Shown one piece after another: positions 1-8,780 of a DNA stretch of 64,000 nucleotides (the first letter of the stretch is position 1; each line of letters starts with the position of its first letter). Origin of the DNA: an uncultured Chloroflexia bacterium (lineage in GTDB: Bacteria; Chloroflexota; Anaerolineae; Anaerolineales; E44-bin32); the NCBI GenBank assembly GCA_963709925.1, contig CAVPYC010000003.1, forward strand, positions 42,061 through 106,060. The letters run 5' to 3'. The translations under genes were made by a program, and so were the position numbers. The notes below the pieces were generated by a model. The model saw only the letters and a program-made list of their open reading frames with translations, was not told where the DNA came from and searched no databases.

Positions 1-1426
1 GCATCTGGGCCCGCAGCGGGCCGGCTCGCTCGGTGCCCGGCGCGCTTCGAAGCGCCTCCAGGCGGCGGCGCACTTCGCCGGTGGGATCCGGCGGAAGCGC
101 CGGGCGCGAGGCGCCACGGGCGTACTCCGAGGCCTGCAAGCCGGCTTCCTTGCCAAAGACGATGATGTCGAGCAGCGAGTTCGTGCCCAGCCGGTTGGCG
201 CCGTGCACCGAGACGCAGGCGCACTCGCCGGCCGCATACAGCCCGGGCAACACTCGGTTGGTCTCGTCGATCACCACCTCGGTGCGCAGGTTGGTGGGGA
301 TACCGCCCATGGCGTAGTGGGCCGTCGGCTGCACCGGCATCGGCTGCTCGATCGGATCGACCCCCAGGTACGTTCGGCAGAAGTCGATGATGTCGGGCAC
401 CTTGGCCAGGATCTCCGGGCCGCTCACCCGGTAGGGCGTGCCGTCGGGTCGGGTGCGGCCGTCGGCTTCGGCATAGCGGTTGACCGTCTCCGGGCGCACG
501 TCGAGGTGCAGGTAGTTACGTCCGCCGATGCCGCGGCCGTCGCGCATTTCCAGGTACATCGCCCGGCTGATCACGTCGCGTGAGGCCAGATCCTTGACCG
601 AGGGGGCGTAGCGCTCCATGAAGCGCTCGCCGGCGTCGTTGACCAGCACCCCGCCTTCGCCGCGCACGCCTTCGGTGATCAGGATGCCGAGCTTGTAGAT
701 TCCGGTCGGGTGGAACTGGAAGAACTCCATGTCTTCGGCCGGGACCCCGCGGCGCAGGCAGATCGACACTCCATCGCCGGTGTAGGAGTGAGCGTTGGAG
801 GTGATCTCCCAGGCCCGCCCGTGCCCGCCGGTGGCGAACACCACCGCCGGGGCGTGGAACACGTGCAGCTCGCCGGTGGCCAGTTCTACCGCCACCACCC
901 CGGCGGTGACTCCGCCCTCGATCAGAACGTCGAGCACCTGGAACTCGTCGTGGAAGGTGACGCCCTGCTTGATGCACTGCTGGTAGAGCGTCTGCAGGAT
1001 CATGTGACCGGTGCGATCGGCGGCGTAGGCCGCCCGACGGACCGGCCTGCCGGTGGTGTTGTTGGTGTGGCCGCCGAAGAAGCGCTGGGCGATGCGGCCG
1101 TCGGGGGTCCGGTTGAAGGGCAGCCCCATATGCTCGAGTTCGTAAATCGTGGTGACCGCTTCACGGCACAGGAATTCGATGGCGTCCTGGTCGCCCAGGT
1201 AGTCGCTGCCCTTGACCGTGTCGAAGGTGTGCCACTCGGGGCTGTCTTCTTCTTCGTTGCCCAGGGCGGCGCACACACCGCCCTGGGCGGCGCCGGTGTG
1301 CGAGCGCACCGGGTACAGTTTGGACAGGACCGCGGTGCGGGCCCGGCGGGTGGAGTTCAGGGCCGCCATCAGCCCGGCCCCGCCCCCGCCGACGATCACC
1401 ACGTCGTACTCGTGCGTGTGAGTCAT
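1..1426 (-). CDS. sdhA: Succinate dehydrogenase / fumarate reductase flavoprotein subunit; 3' end cut by the window edge
   Basis: Reverse strand from the ATG at 1426 reads MTHTHEYDVVIVGGGGAGLMAA (FAD GxGxxG). Further on come FHPTGIYKLGILITEGVRGEG and AHYAMGG. It is absent from the ORF track because no stop lies inside the window. Confidence 0.9.
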   Translation of the reverse strand, partial: MTHTHEYDVVIVGGGGAGLMAALNSTRRARTAVLSKLYPVRSHTGAAQGGVCAALGNEEEDSPEWHTFDTVKGSDYLGDQDAIEFLCREAVTTIYELEHMGLPFNRTPDGRIAQRFFGGHTNNTTGRPVRRAAYAADRTGHMILQTLYQQCIKQGVTFHDEFQVLDVLIEGGVTAGVVAVELATGELHVFHAPAVVFATGGHGRAWEITSNAHSYTGDGVSICLRRGVPAEDMEFFQFHPTGIYKLGILITEGVRGEGGVLVNDAGERFMERYAPSVKDLASRDVISRAMYLEMRDGRGIGGRNYLHLDVRPETVNRYAEADGRTRPDGTPYRVSGPEILAKVPDIIDFCRTYLGVDPIEQPMPVQPTAHYAMGGIPTNLRTEVVIDETNRVLPGLYAAGECACVSVHGANRLGTNSLLDIIVFGKEAGLQASEYARGASRPALPPDPTGEVRRRLEALRSAPGTERAGPLRAQM

Positions 1427-1473
1427 GGATTCCCTTTTTTCGGGCGTCCCGGTCGGGGCTCTTGCGCCCGCTG

Positions 1474-3263
1474 TTACGGATACACCTCGATATCGTGCCA
1501 GATCACCCAGCCTTCGGCCGTCAGGGTCTCGACCCGCACCGTGGCGATGCCCTCCATCGACTCGGCCACAAGCTCGACCGGCACATTCGATTGGACCTCG
1601 ACACGGGCATCGCGGAAGACCACGAAGGCATCTGCGGTGCCCGGGCCTCGGACGGAGACGCGCAGGTGTTGGGGTCCGGTGGCGGTCACCCAGCCGGGCT
1701 GGAGCACGATCCGGCCCACCGGTCCGGCCGCGCCGAGGTCGATCTCGAGCCACTGCGGTGCAGCGGCGCCGGCGCTCCACCAGGTGCCCAGGCTTCCATC
1801 GACGGCGAGCTCCGGCTCGTAGCCCGCGCCCTCGTGAACTCGAGGCGGTGACCGGGCGGAAGAGCGCCCGGTTGATGCCCGGGCCGCTGCTGACGCAGGG
1901 ATCGGGGTTGAGGTTCGGCGAGAGCGCCGCTCCCACCTGGCCGGCGTCCTCGGTCGGGGTCCAGAAGTCGAAGATGCTCCAGTTCCACATCAGCCAGCCG
2001 TCGAACCCGTAGTTGCACGACTCGGCCTGCCAGGCCGCCAACGCCGAGGCGGCGCGTTCGGCCGAGGGGTAGTTGTCCTTGTCGGCGCCGAACTCGCCCA
2101 TCACCAGCAGGCGGTCTCCTTCGCCGATCAGGGTGAAATTCTCGACGTGCTGGCGGAAGTTCAGATCGTATCCCGGATAGGCGTGCAGGTCGAGGAAGTC
2201 CAGGGTCGTCTCGCGCACCATCCGCTCGAGATAGACGGCGCGGGCGTCGCCCAGGCGCGCCGGGTGGGGCTCCTGCTGCACGAAGAACCCCATCGTCACC
2301 AGCGCCGTCGGGTCGACCTCGAGGATGGCGGTTCTGAGTTGATCGCTCCAGAACAGCCAGCCCTCCTCCATCATGCGTTGCCGATCCGCACGGTCGGCCA
2401 TGTCGTAAGTCGTCCCGTTGGCGGCCGTCACTGCGCCTTCCGATCGCGAGAACGGCGGCAGGTTGGTCTCGTAGAAGGCCTCGTTGCGCAGCTGATAGGC
2501 CAGGATGGCGTCGAGAGGCGCCCCGCGCTCGATCAGCCCGAGGATGAAGTCCTGCAGGTAGGCGCGCTCGGCGGCGATGCCAACCTCGGTCAGGAAGGAC
2601 GTGTTGTATCCGCTGAAGGTCTCGCAGCAGCCGCGACGCATCGTCTGGCTGTAGCCTCCGTCCTCGGGCACCTCGTCGTCGGTGAAGATCAGCACCAGGC
2701 CGAGGTCCTTCGCCCGGCGCATGAACTCGACGATGTTGTCCAGGTACGGCGCCGATAGCCCGCCGCTCACGTCGCCGATGCAGCCCCCGACCCCGCCCCA
2801 GCAGGCGTTGCGCCAGACCCGGACGGTGTTGAACCCCAGGGCGGCGATCGCTTCCAGGTCGGCGAAGGCGGCGGTCCATGTCGCCGAACTCGGTGTTGAA
2901 GATGGCATCGACGATGATGCTGCCCGAGGTGGGGAAGTCACGGAAGCCCCAGCGGTTGTAGTTCACTCCGCGCATGACGAAGCGCTCGCCGGACACCCGG
3001 TCGTAGAACTCCATGCCCTGCTCGCCCGGCCGGACCCCGATGCGGTGCTCGACCGGCGGCGCCGGCCGGGTGGGCGGTGCGGTGGGGGCGGGGGGCGGCG
3101 CGGGCGTGGGAGGAGCGACCGTCGGGGCGGTCAGGCCGCAGCCGAAGGCCAGCAGCGCCGCCAATGGGATCCATCGGAGTACCCCGAGACGGCTCGTCCG
3201 CTCGATCACCGCAGGCGGAGGAGTCACGGTGTTCCCACCCCGCCGATGATCGCCACGGCGCAT
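1474..3263 (-). pseudogene. GH5-family glycoside hydrolase with C-terminal F5/8 type C (discoidin) module, broken by two frame shifts
   Basis: Three reverse frames join into one protein. The N-terminus is lipoprotein-like (LLAFGCGL) and continues through FVMRGVNYNRWGF. A frame break lies near 2880. The middle frame reads FNTVRVW, QLRNEAFY and MGEFGA (the GH5 NE and GE motifs). A second break lies near 1840. The C-terminal part reads GTWWSAGAAAPQWLEIDLG...EGWVIWHDIEVYP (ORF 1474..1719). It is a paralog of the intact gene at 52435..54171. The likely true start is the GTG near 3210. Confidence 0.7.
3221..3259. repeat. Copy A of a 39-nt direct repeat: a duplicated 3' end of sdhD
   Basis: gagtcacggTgttcccaccccgccgatgatcgccacggc matches 3561..3599 at 38 of 39 positions, offset by exactly 340 bp. 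Confidence 0.9.
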
Positions 3264-3560
3264 TGGTGGGTTCGGGTGATGGGGCTCCCCAATTCAGCCT
3301 GTGTCTGTCGACCAGCAGGCCAGGTCCGTCGCCACCCCCTCCCCTTATCCCCTCCCCCTCGGCTGAAAGTTGGTTTTCCGTGCCGACGGTTTACCGAGGG
3401 GGAGGGGATAACCTTCAAGGGGATGGGGGCGGGTTCCCCGCCCCCATCCCCTTGAGAACCCTCACCCCCCTCTCCGGCGATTGCGACGAACAGGAGATCA
3501 CTCACCGCCGGTGAGGGGGAAGAGGGGAGAGGCGAATGGGCCAGACCGAAGAACGGGCTC
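3260..3560. repeat. Palindrome-rich GC-rich intergenic element (REP/MITE-like) with no convincing coding frame
   Basis: An 18-bp perfect inverted repeat pairs 3345..3362 (ttatcccctccccctcgg) with 3394..3411. A 17-bp perfect hairpin pairs 3417..3433 with 3437..3453 around a 3-nt loop. A short hairpin ctcacc-gcc-ggtgag lies near 3500..3514. ORFs on both strands here translate to low-complexity P/G/E-rich peptides. Confidence 0.75.
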
Positions 3561-3599
3561 GAGTCACGGCGTTCCCACCCCGCCGATGATCGCCACGGC
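3561..3599. repeat. Copy B of the 39-nt direct repeat: the genuine 3' end of sdhD including its stop
   Basis: This copy overlaps the last 11 codons of sdhD and its TGA (3564..3566 on the reverse strand). It matches 3221..3259. Confidence 0.9.
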
Positions 3600-3944
3600 C
3601 CCGATGGCGCTGATCACGGCCCATGAGACGAGCAGGATCCAATCGAATGCCTTGCGCAGGCGCGGCCCGCGGACATAGTCGTTGAGCACATTCCGAAGGC
3701 CGTTCATCCCGTGGGCGAAGGTGAAGGCCAGCAGGGCCATGTCGTAGATGCGCCAGCCGAGCGTGGCCCAGCGCATGGCGACGTAGTCCAGGTCGATGGC
3801 GTGGACCCCCACCAGCACGTCCTGGATCAGCACATGGATCCACACCAGCGGGATCAGCAGCACCCCGCTGTAGCGCATCCACAACCAGGCGGTGGTCTCG
3901 AAGTTGCGCGGTCGCGGAACCGTTCGAGGGGCGGCGGCGCTCAT
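3564..3944 (-). CDS. sdhD: Succinate dehydrogenase membrane anchor subunit
   Basis: The 126-aa protein MSAAAPRTVPRPRNFETTAWLWMRYSGVLLIPLVWIHVL... has three hydrophobic helices. It begins 2 nt after the sdhC stop. Confidence 0.75.
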   Translation of the reverse strand: MSAAAPRTVPRPRNFETTAWLWMRYSGVLLIPLVWIHVLIQDVLVGVHAIDLDYVAMRWATLGWRIYDMALLAFTFAHGMNGLRNVLNDYVRGPRLRKAFDWILLVSWAVISAIGAVAIIGGVGTP

Positions 3945-3946
3945 GC

Positions 3947-4357
3947 TCACCCTCCCCCGAAATTGTGGATGAACATGCTGCGGCCCATCAAATACGCGGC
4001 CGGCAGCCACAGGGCGATGCTCAATCCGAGCGTCCACCAGAACGAGCGGCGCTGGGTGCCCTCCCGCCACCATTCCGGCTTCAGGTCGAAAGCGGCCACC
4101 CGCAGCCCGTTGACCCCGTGGTAGATCACGGCGAACACCAGCCCGATCTCGCCCAGCATGAACGGGGTCAGGCGATAGATGTCGATGGCGTGTTCGTACA
4201 GCGACGGGAAGAAGTAGACGGTGGAGGTGTCGAGGATGTGGATGGTCAGGAACAGCAGCGTGCCCAGGCCGGTGAGGCGGTGGAGCAAGTAGGCCCACTG
4301 GCCTTCCCGGCCGCGATAGGCCAGACTGCCTTCGAGGGGGACCCTCAGGCTGGTCAT
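3947..4357 (-). CDS. sdhC: Succinate dehydrogenase cytochrome b subunit
   Basis: The 136-aa protein MTSLRVPLEGSLAYRGREGQWAYLLHRLTGLGTLLFLTIHILD... has an SdhC-like helix pattern. A GGAGGG Shine-Dalgarno sequence lies 3 nt before the ATG at 4357. Confidence 0.75.
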   Translation of the reverse strand: MTSLRVPLEGSLAYRGREGQWAYLLHRLTGLGTLLFLTIHILDTSTVYFFPSLYEHAIDIYRLTPFMLGEIGLVFAVIYHGVNGLRVAAFDLKPEWWREGTQRRSFWWTLGLSIALWLPAAYLMGRSMFIHNFGGG

Positions 4358-4397
4358 GCGCCCTCCATTTGGGATGAACCCGACCGGAGACGCGAGG

Positions 4398-4406
4398 ATT
4401 GTAGCA
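4398..4406 (-). promoter_or_regulatory. Extended -10 box TGCTACAAT upstream of sdhC
   Basis: The reverse complement of attgtagca is TGCTACAAT. It lies about 40 nt upstream of the sdhC ATG, and the identical 9-mer recurs at 34334..34342. Confidence 0.5.
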
Positions 4407-4553
4407 TGGAGGCCGCGCCTAGCCGTTCTAGGGCCGTCACAGCCACCACGCAAGTATCCGGGGCCGTGCGAACGACGCTCCCGGTCGGGGGCGCGAGAAG
4501 GGCCGCCCTTGCGGGCGGCCCTTCGATGTTGCTGGGGTCGATGGCGAGCAACC

Positions 4554-5349
4554 TCAGTCGAGGAACGAGCCCACCCAATCCAGCGACCAGGATCGGTCCA
4601 TCCGGAATACACCACCGGTGCCGGCGCAATTGCCGTTCAATCCGAAGGAAGTCACTCCGCCGACCACGTTCGAGGTCCCGATGAAGTTCGGGCCTCCCGA
4701 GTCGCCGAAGCAGGTGCCGCCGGTCGAGTGGTTGTTCGAGAGAGGCAGCGAGAAGTTCCCGACAATCCCGCCATTGATCTGGATCAGCCGCGGGGTCGCA
4801 AACATCCGCACCCGCTCGGTCTTCCACGAACACCGGGTTGATCCGCTGCAGGCCGAAGCCGACCGCCGTGAAGGTCGTATCCTGCCGGCCGCGCCGGGTC
4901 TTCATGACGTCCAACTGATTCGGGGTCGGCAAAGCGCCAAACTCACCTTTCGTGTCAGTGTACGGAACCTCCAGGACCACTACGCCCACGTCCCGGATGA
5001 AGAACGCGTTCGGGTTGTAGTCCGGGTGGGTGTTCGGGGTGCCGCCGACGTCACCGGTGAACGGATAGCCGTTGGCCGGGATCCCCGACTCCACGTCCGC
5101 ATCAAACCAGATCTCGACATGTGCCGCCGGCGCCTCGGTGCAGTGTCCCGCCGTCAAGAAGACGGTGGGAGACATGAGTGTCCCGCTGCAGCGCCACAAC
5201 GGGTTGCCATCGGCGTCCTGGGCCACCATCAGGCCGACGTACGGATGGCCTTCCCCATCCAACTCCCCATCCGTCACCGCCAGTGCGGGGACGACGGTGA
5301 TCGCCAACATCACGAACACCGCCACGAGCATCAGTGCTTTGCGTCGCAT
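4554..5349 (-). CDS. Secreted trypsin-like (S1) serine protease, one frame break near 4815-4830
   Basis: The start MRRKALMLVAVFVMLAITVVPALA is a signal peptide preceded by a GGAGGAGG Shine-Dalgarno sequence. TAGHC supplies the catalytic His. After the frame shift, ORF 4554..4811 supplies GDSGGP, the catalytic Ser. Confidence 0.8.
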
Positions 5350-5496
5350 ACGTGTGCCTCCTCCGGCATACTTGGGCCGCGTCTCGCGGGGGTGGTGCTG
5401 TTGCGATCGACGGCCGTCGGGGTTGGGTTCGGCCCTACAACAAAGGGACCTCCGCCAAAGCACTCGGAAGTCCCCCCGGAGTCCGAACCTGCGACC

Positions 5497-5525
5497 AGTA
5501 TAGGGCTGTCGAAATCACGATGCAA
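5497..5525 (-). promoter_or_regulatory. Sigma70-like promoter for the S1 protease gene
   Basis: The reverse strand reads TTGCAT (5525..5520), a 17-nt spacer, then TATACT (5502..5497). This is about 150 nt upstream of the ATG at 5349. Confidence 0.45.
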
Positions 5526-5697
5526 GTCGCCCGGCGGGTGAACCCCGCTCGTCCGGCCACCGTTTGCCCGACGGGTTTCCGACTCTACAAATTCTGGTCA
5601 CGCGTGGAAGATCGGCTGGGATCGTTTGGCCTCGATTGGGTCGGATCCTCGTTCCGCCCGGCACAACCACCGGTCGAAATGTCCGTGCCCCGCGTCC

Positions 5698-6888
5698 CTA
5701 CCCGCACCCCTCGGGCGGCAGGCACCATCCGGGGTAGACGAAGGTGTCCCCCAGGGCGTTCCCCGACACGTCGTTCCCGGCGAAGCGCAATACGGGCTCG
5801 GTCGGCAGTTCGTCCGTGCCGAACCCCCACAGGTAGAATCCGATCCGGTTCCCCGTGATCCGGTTCGCCTCGACCACGTACCCCGTCGGGCCGGCCCCTT
5901 CCTCGTCGCTGATCTGCAGTCCCGGGCCGTTGTTATCGTGGATCTCGTTCCCCCGCACAAACACGTCGGCCCCGCCGTCAATCCAGATGGCGCCGTCCCA
6001 CCAGTCTTCAATGGTGACGTCGAGCTCGTTCCCGAAGATGTCGTTGCCCTCGATGACCACCTCGTAGCTGTCTTCGGCCAGCACCGCCGCACCGATGTTG
6101 CCGTGGAGGCGGTTCCCGCGAATGGTGCAGCCTCGGCAGTCGTACAGGTTGACCGCCGTCCCGACCCGAAACCCCGGCCGCTGCGGATTCGGCCCGTTGT
6201 GGTGGACTTCGCTCGCCTCGACCACAATGCCCCGCGACGACTCGACGTAGATCCCGTAGCCCTCGAACTCCTCTTCGAAAAGCGCCGGGGCGAATCCACA
6301 ATCGGCCACCACCACGCGCTCGAAAGTGATCGACTCCGAGGCGATCAGGGCCACGCAGGCGTCGGTGTAGTCCTGGAAGATCAGGTCGCGCAGCACAATC
6401 CCGGCGCAACCTTCGCACCACAAGGCGTACGGCAGCTCGCCGCCCCCGTCGAGGACCGTCGCCCCTGGCTCCCCGGCGATGAGAACCGGGTTTTCGGGGT
6501 CGAACGCGCCTTCGAAGGTCGCCGATTGCCGATACGTTCCAGGGAGGAGATGGATGAAGTCCCCGTCGGATGCCCGCGCCAGCGCCTCCTGGAGCGTCTC
6601 CAGGGCTTCGGCCGTTGTGGCGCCGCTGGCGGCGTCATCGCCATTTGCCGAGACGAACAGCGTCGGAGGTTCCTCGGTCACCGGCCCGCCAGCCGCCGGG
6701 TCGATGAACGAGACGGTCGTGGTGCCGGCCGGCGCCGCCCCCAACGGGGTCTGCGACTCATCGTTCTGCGGGGTAGGCGGGAGGTCCGAGCATCCGGCCA
6801 GGCCGGCGCCTATCAGCGCCAGGCCCACGATGGAAGACAACGCCCACCACCGGCTCGCCGCACCCGAGCGTGCCATCACCGTCGTCAC
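5698..6888 (-). CDS. Right-handed parallel beta-helix repeat lipoprotein (NosD-like / pectate-lyase fold)
   Basis: It has a lipobox LAGC. Repeated GN/NxI rungs are visible (IRGNRLHGN, IEGNDIFGN, VRGNEIHDN, ITGNRIG, AGNDVSGN). The ORF is intact at 396 aa. The ATG at 6876 is an alternative start. Confidence 0.7.
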   Translation of the reverse strand: MTTVMARSGAASRWWALSSIVGLALIGAGLAGCSDLPPTPQNDESQTPLGAAPAGTTTVSFIDPAAGGPVTEEPPTLFVSANGDDAASGATTAEALETLQEALARASDGDFIHLLPGTYRQSATFEGAFDPENPVLIAGEPGATVLDGGGELPYALWCEGCAGIVLRDLIFQDYTDACVALIASESITFERVVVADCGFAPALFEEEFEGYGIYVESSRGIVVEASEVHHNGPNPQRPGFRVGTAVNLYDCRGCTIRGNRLHGNIGAAVLAEDSYEVVIEGNDIFGNELDVTIEDWWDGAIWIDGGADVFVRGNEIHDNNGPGLQISDEEGAGPTGYVVEANRITGNRIGFYLWGFGTDELPTEPVLRFAGNDVSGNALGDTFVYPGWCLPPEGCG

Positions 6889-6902
6889 GGATTCCCATGA
6901 TC

Positions 6903-6911
6903 ACCCTAGCA
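6903..6911 (-). promoter_or_regulatory. Extended -10-like box TGCTAGGGT upstream of the beta-helix gene
   Basis: The reverse complement of accctagca is TGCTAGGGT, 14 nt before the GTG at 6888. This is weaker than the other boxes. Confidence 0.3.
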
Positions 6912-7059
6912 CGAAGGCTGAGGTCGACACATGGGCGGATGGTCGCCCCCGTCCCCGGTGACGACGCTCCGATCCGCCAGCCGCCGGACGCACCTCGGCT
7001 CGCCTCAAGCGCCCGCTCGGCGCACCGCCCGAGGGAGGTTCTGTTCGCCGGCGGCGGCA

Positions 7060-7869
7060 TCAGCCCGCCAGCGTCGCCACCAGGTAGGGGACCAGCGCCA
7101 GGATCGCCAGCGCCGGATGCCCCCGCCGGCTGGCATTGCGATTGTCCCAATTGAACAGGTAGGCCGCCAGGGCGAACGCCACTACGGCCCCCACCGCCAG
7201 CGCCGCGGCCGACACCACCGGGTCGAACGTTGTCGGCCGTCCGTAGGCCAGGCCGTCGATCGCCTGCATCGCCTGGGTGGAGGGGAACAACCCGGCGATC
7301 GGCACGACCGACTCGGGCAACATCGCCAACGGGATCATCAGCCCGCCGATCAGCATCGATGGCAGGAAGATCAGCTGCGACCACAAGACCGTCGCCCGGC
7401 TGCTGTTCGAGATGACCCCGATCAGCGCGCCCAGTCCACCGCAGGCGAACGCCGTCAGCAGCACGACGAACAACAGCGCCGGCCAGCTTTGCGGGGGGAC
7501 GCCGTCGAAAAGCAAGGGCGCCGTGAAGGCGATCAGCGAGGCGGCGATGACCGCATGGAAGATCGTTGTCAGCGCAGGAATGATCAGGATCGAGATCGCC
7601 GGCACCCCGTTGATCTTGAAGCTCCGGTAGACCCCCGCCTCGCGATCCTCGACCAGCGGATTCGGCAGTCCCAGGATCGTGCTGGCCAGGATGGCGAAGA
7701 TCGCCATCGCCGGCACCAGGACCTGAGTGAAGCCGGGGTTGATGTTGGTCATCACAACGCCCATGGCGGCGTAGAACCCGAACGGGAACAGGTAGTTGAT
7801 CATCAGCAGGTTGGAGTTGCGCAGCCCGGTCTTGAAGACGAAGGCGAAGTGGGTCCCGAAGGCGGTCAT
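7060..7869 (-). CDS. ABC-2 type transporter permease
   Basis: The 269-aa protein has six hydrophobic segments (MTAFGTHFAFVFKTGLRNSNLLMINYLFPFGFYAAMGVV...). Its start overlaps the ATPase stop as ATGA. Confidence 0.8.
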   Translation of the reverse strand: MTAFGTHFAFVFKTGLRNSNLLMINYLFPFGFYAAMGVVMTNINPGFTQVLVPAMAIFAILASTILGLPNPLVEDREAGVYRSFKINGVPAISILIIPALTTIFHAVIAASLIAFTAPLLFDGVPPQSWPALLFVVLLTAFACGGLGALIGVISNSSRATVLWSQLIFLPSMLIGGLMIPLAMLPESVVPIAGLFPSTQAMQAIDGLAYGRPTTFDPVVSAAALAVGAVVAFALAAYLFNWDNRNASRRGHPALAILALVPYLVATLAG

Positions 7870-8780
7870 CGCTCTTCTCCCTTCCGGGTCAACTCGAGAA
7901 AGCGCTCCTCGAGCGTCGGGCGTTCCACCCGCAGGTCGGCCAGTTTCTCGCCGCCGGCCGAGATCGACCGGATCAAGGCCACCACCGTCGCACCGGCGTC
8001 CTGGCTGAAGAACACACTGTACGAGTCGGAGCGCAGCGATCGGACGACGTGCGGCAGCGGGGTCGAGGTCAGATCTGCTTCCGACTCGGTGCGCACGGTG
8101 ATCTTGGTCAGGTTCGTACCGGTGGCGGTGAGCCTGCGCGGTGTATCGAGCGCCACGATCCGGCCTCGGAGCAGGATGGCCACCCGGTCGGACAGCTTCT
8201 CGGCTTCGGCCATGTCGTGGGTGGCCAGCAGGATCGTCGTCCCCTGCTGCCGAAGCTCGGCCATCATGCCGTGGAGTTCGGCCCGCGTGGCGACGTCCAG
8301 GCCGGCCGTCGGCTCGTCTAGCACCAGAACCTGGGGCCGGTGGGCCACCGCCAGCGCCAGGGCCAGCCGCCGCTGCTGTCCGGTCGAGAGCGAGCGATAT
8401 GTCGCCCGGCGCTTCTCGGCCAGGCCCATCCGGTCGAGGATTTCGTAGCGCGGCTCGACGCCGTGATAGGCGCCGAAGAAGCGCATGGCCTCGTCGACGA
8501 GCATGTCCGCCGGCAGCCCTGACGTCTGCAGCTGAATGCCCATCACCCTCCCGAGAGCGCGGGCGTCCTTGTGGGGATCGATCCCGAGGACCTCCAGGGC
8601 CCCTTCGTCCGGCCGCCGGATCCCCTCCAGGCACTCGAACGTCGTCGTCTTGCCGGCGCCGTTCGGCCCCAACAGGCCGAAGATCTCGCCCCGGTGCACT
8701 TCGAAGCCGATCCCATCGACGGCCACCACGGTTCCGTAGCGTTTGCGGAGATCGGATACACGAACCGCAACCTCTGTCAT
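7866..8780 (-). CDS. ABC transporter ATP-binding protein (ABC-2 / NosF / DrrA-like)
   Basis: It carries Walker A GPNGAGKTT, the signature LSTGQQRRL and Walker B VLVLDEPTAGLD. The ATG at 8780 is preceded by GAGG. Confidence 0.9.
   Translation of the reverse strand: MTEVAVRVSDLRKRYGTVVAVDGIGFEVHRGEIFGLLGPNGAGKTTTFECLEGIRRPDEGALEVLGIDPHKDARALGRVMGIQLQTSGLPADMLVDEAMRFFGAYHGVEPRYEILDRMGLAEKRRATYRSLSTGQQRRLALALAVAHRPQVLVLDEPTAGLDVATRAELHGMMAELRQQGTTILLATHDMAEAEKLSDRVAILLRGRIVALDTPRRLTATGTNLTKITVRTESEADLTSTPLPHVVRSLRSDSYSVFFSQDAGATVVALIRSISAGGEKLADLRVERPTLEERFLELTRKGEER

Noticed and set aside
710-1822. A 370-aa forward ORF, with neighbours 203..583 and 1425..2012.
   Set aside because: It is antisense to the well-supported sdhA gene and spans the sdhA/GH5 junction. 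The translation is Arg/Gly/Pro/Ala-rich with no motif. It is a typical shadow ORF of GC-rich DNA.
3077-3514. ORFs 3077..3514 (+), 3224..3505 (-) and 2682..3455 (+) as small proteins.
   Set aside because: They are generated by the palindromic element and the duplicated sdhD end. The peptides are low-complexity, mirror each other on the two strands, and lack starts with Shine-Dalgarno or -10 context.
6931-8448. A 505-aa forward ORF, and the 611-aa reverse ORF at 7060..8895.
   Set aside because: The forward ORF is antisense to the ABC permease and ATPase genes and is extremely Arg/Gln/Asp-rich. Only the C-terminal 269 aa of the long reverse ORF (from the ATG at 7869) look like a membrane protein. 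The upstream part is the out-of-frame overlap with the ATPase gene.
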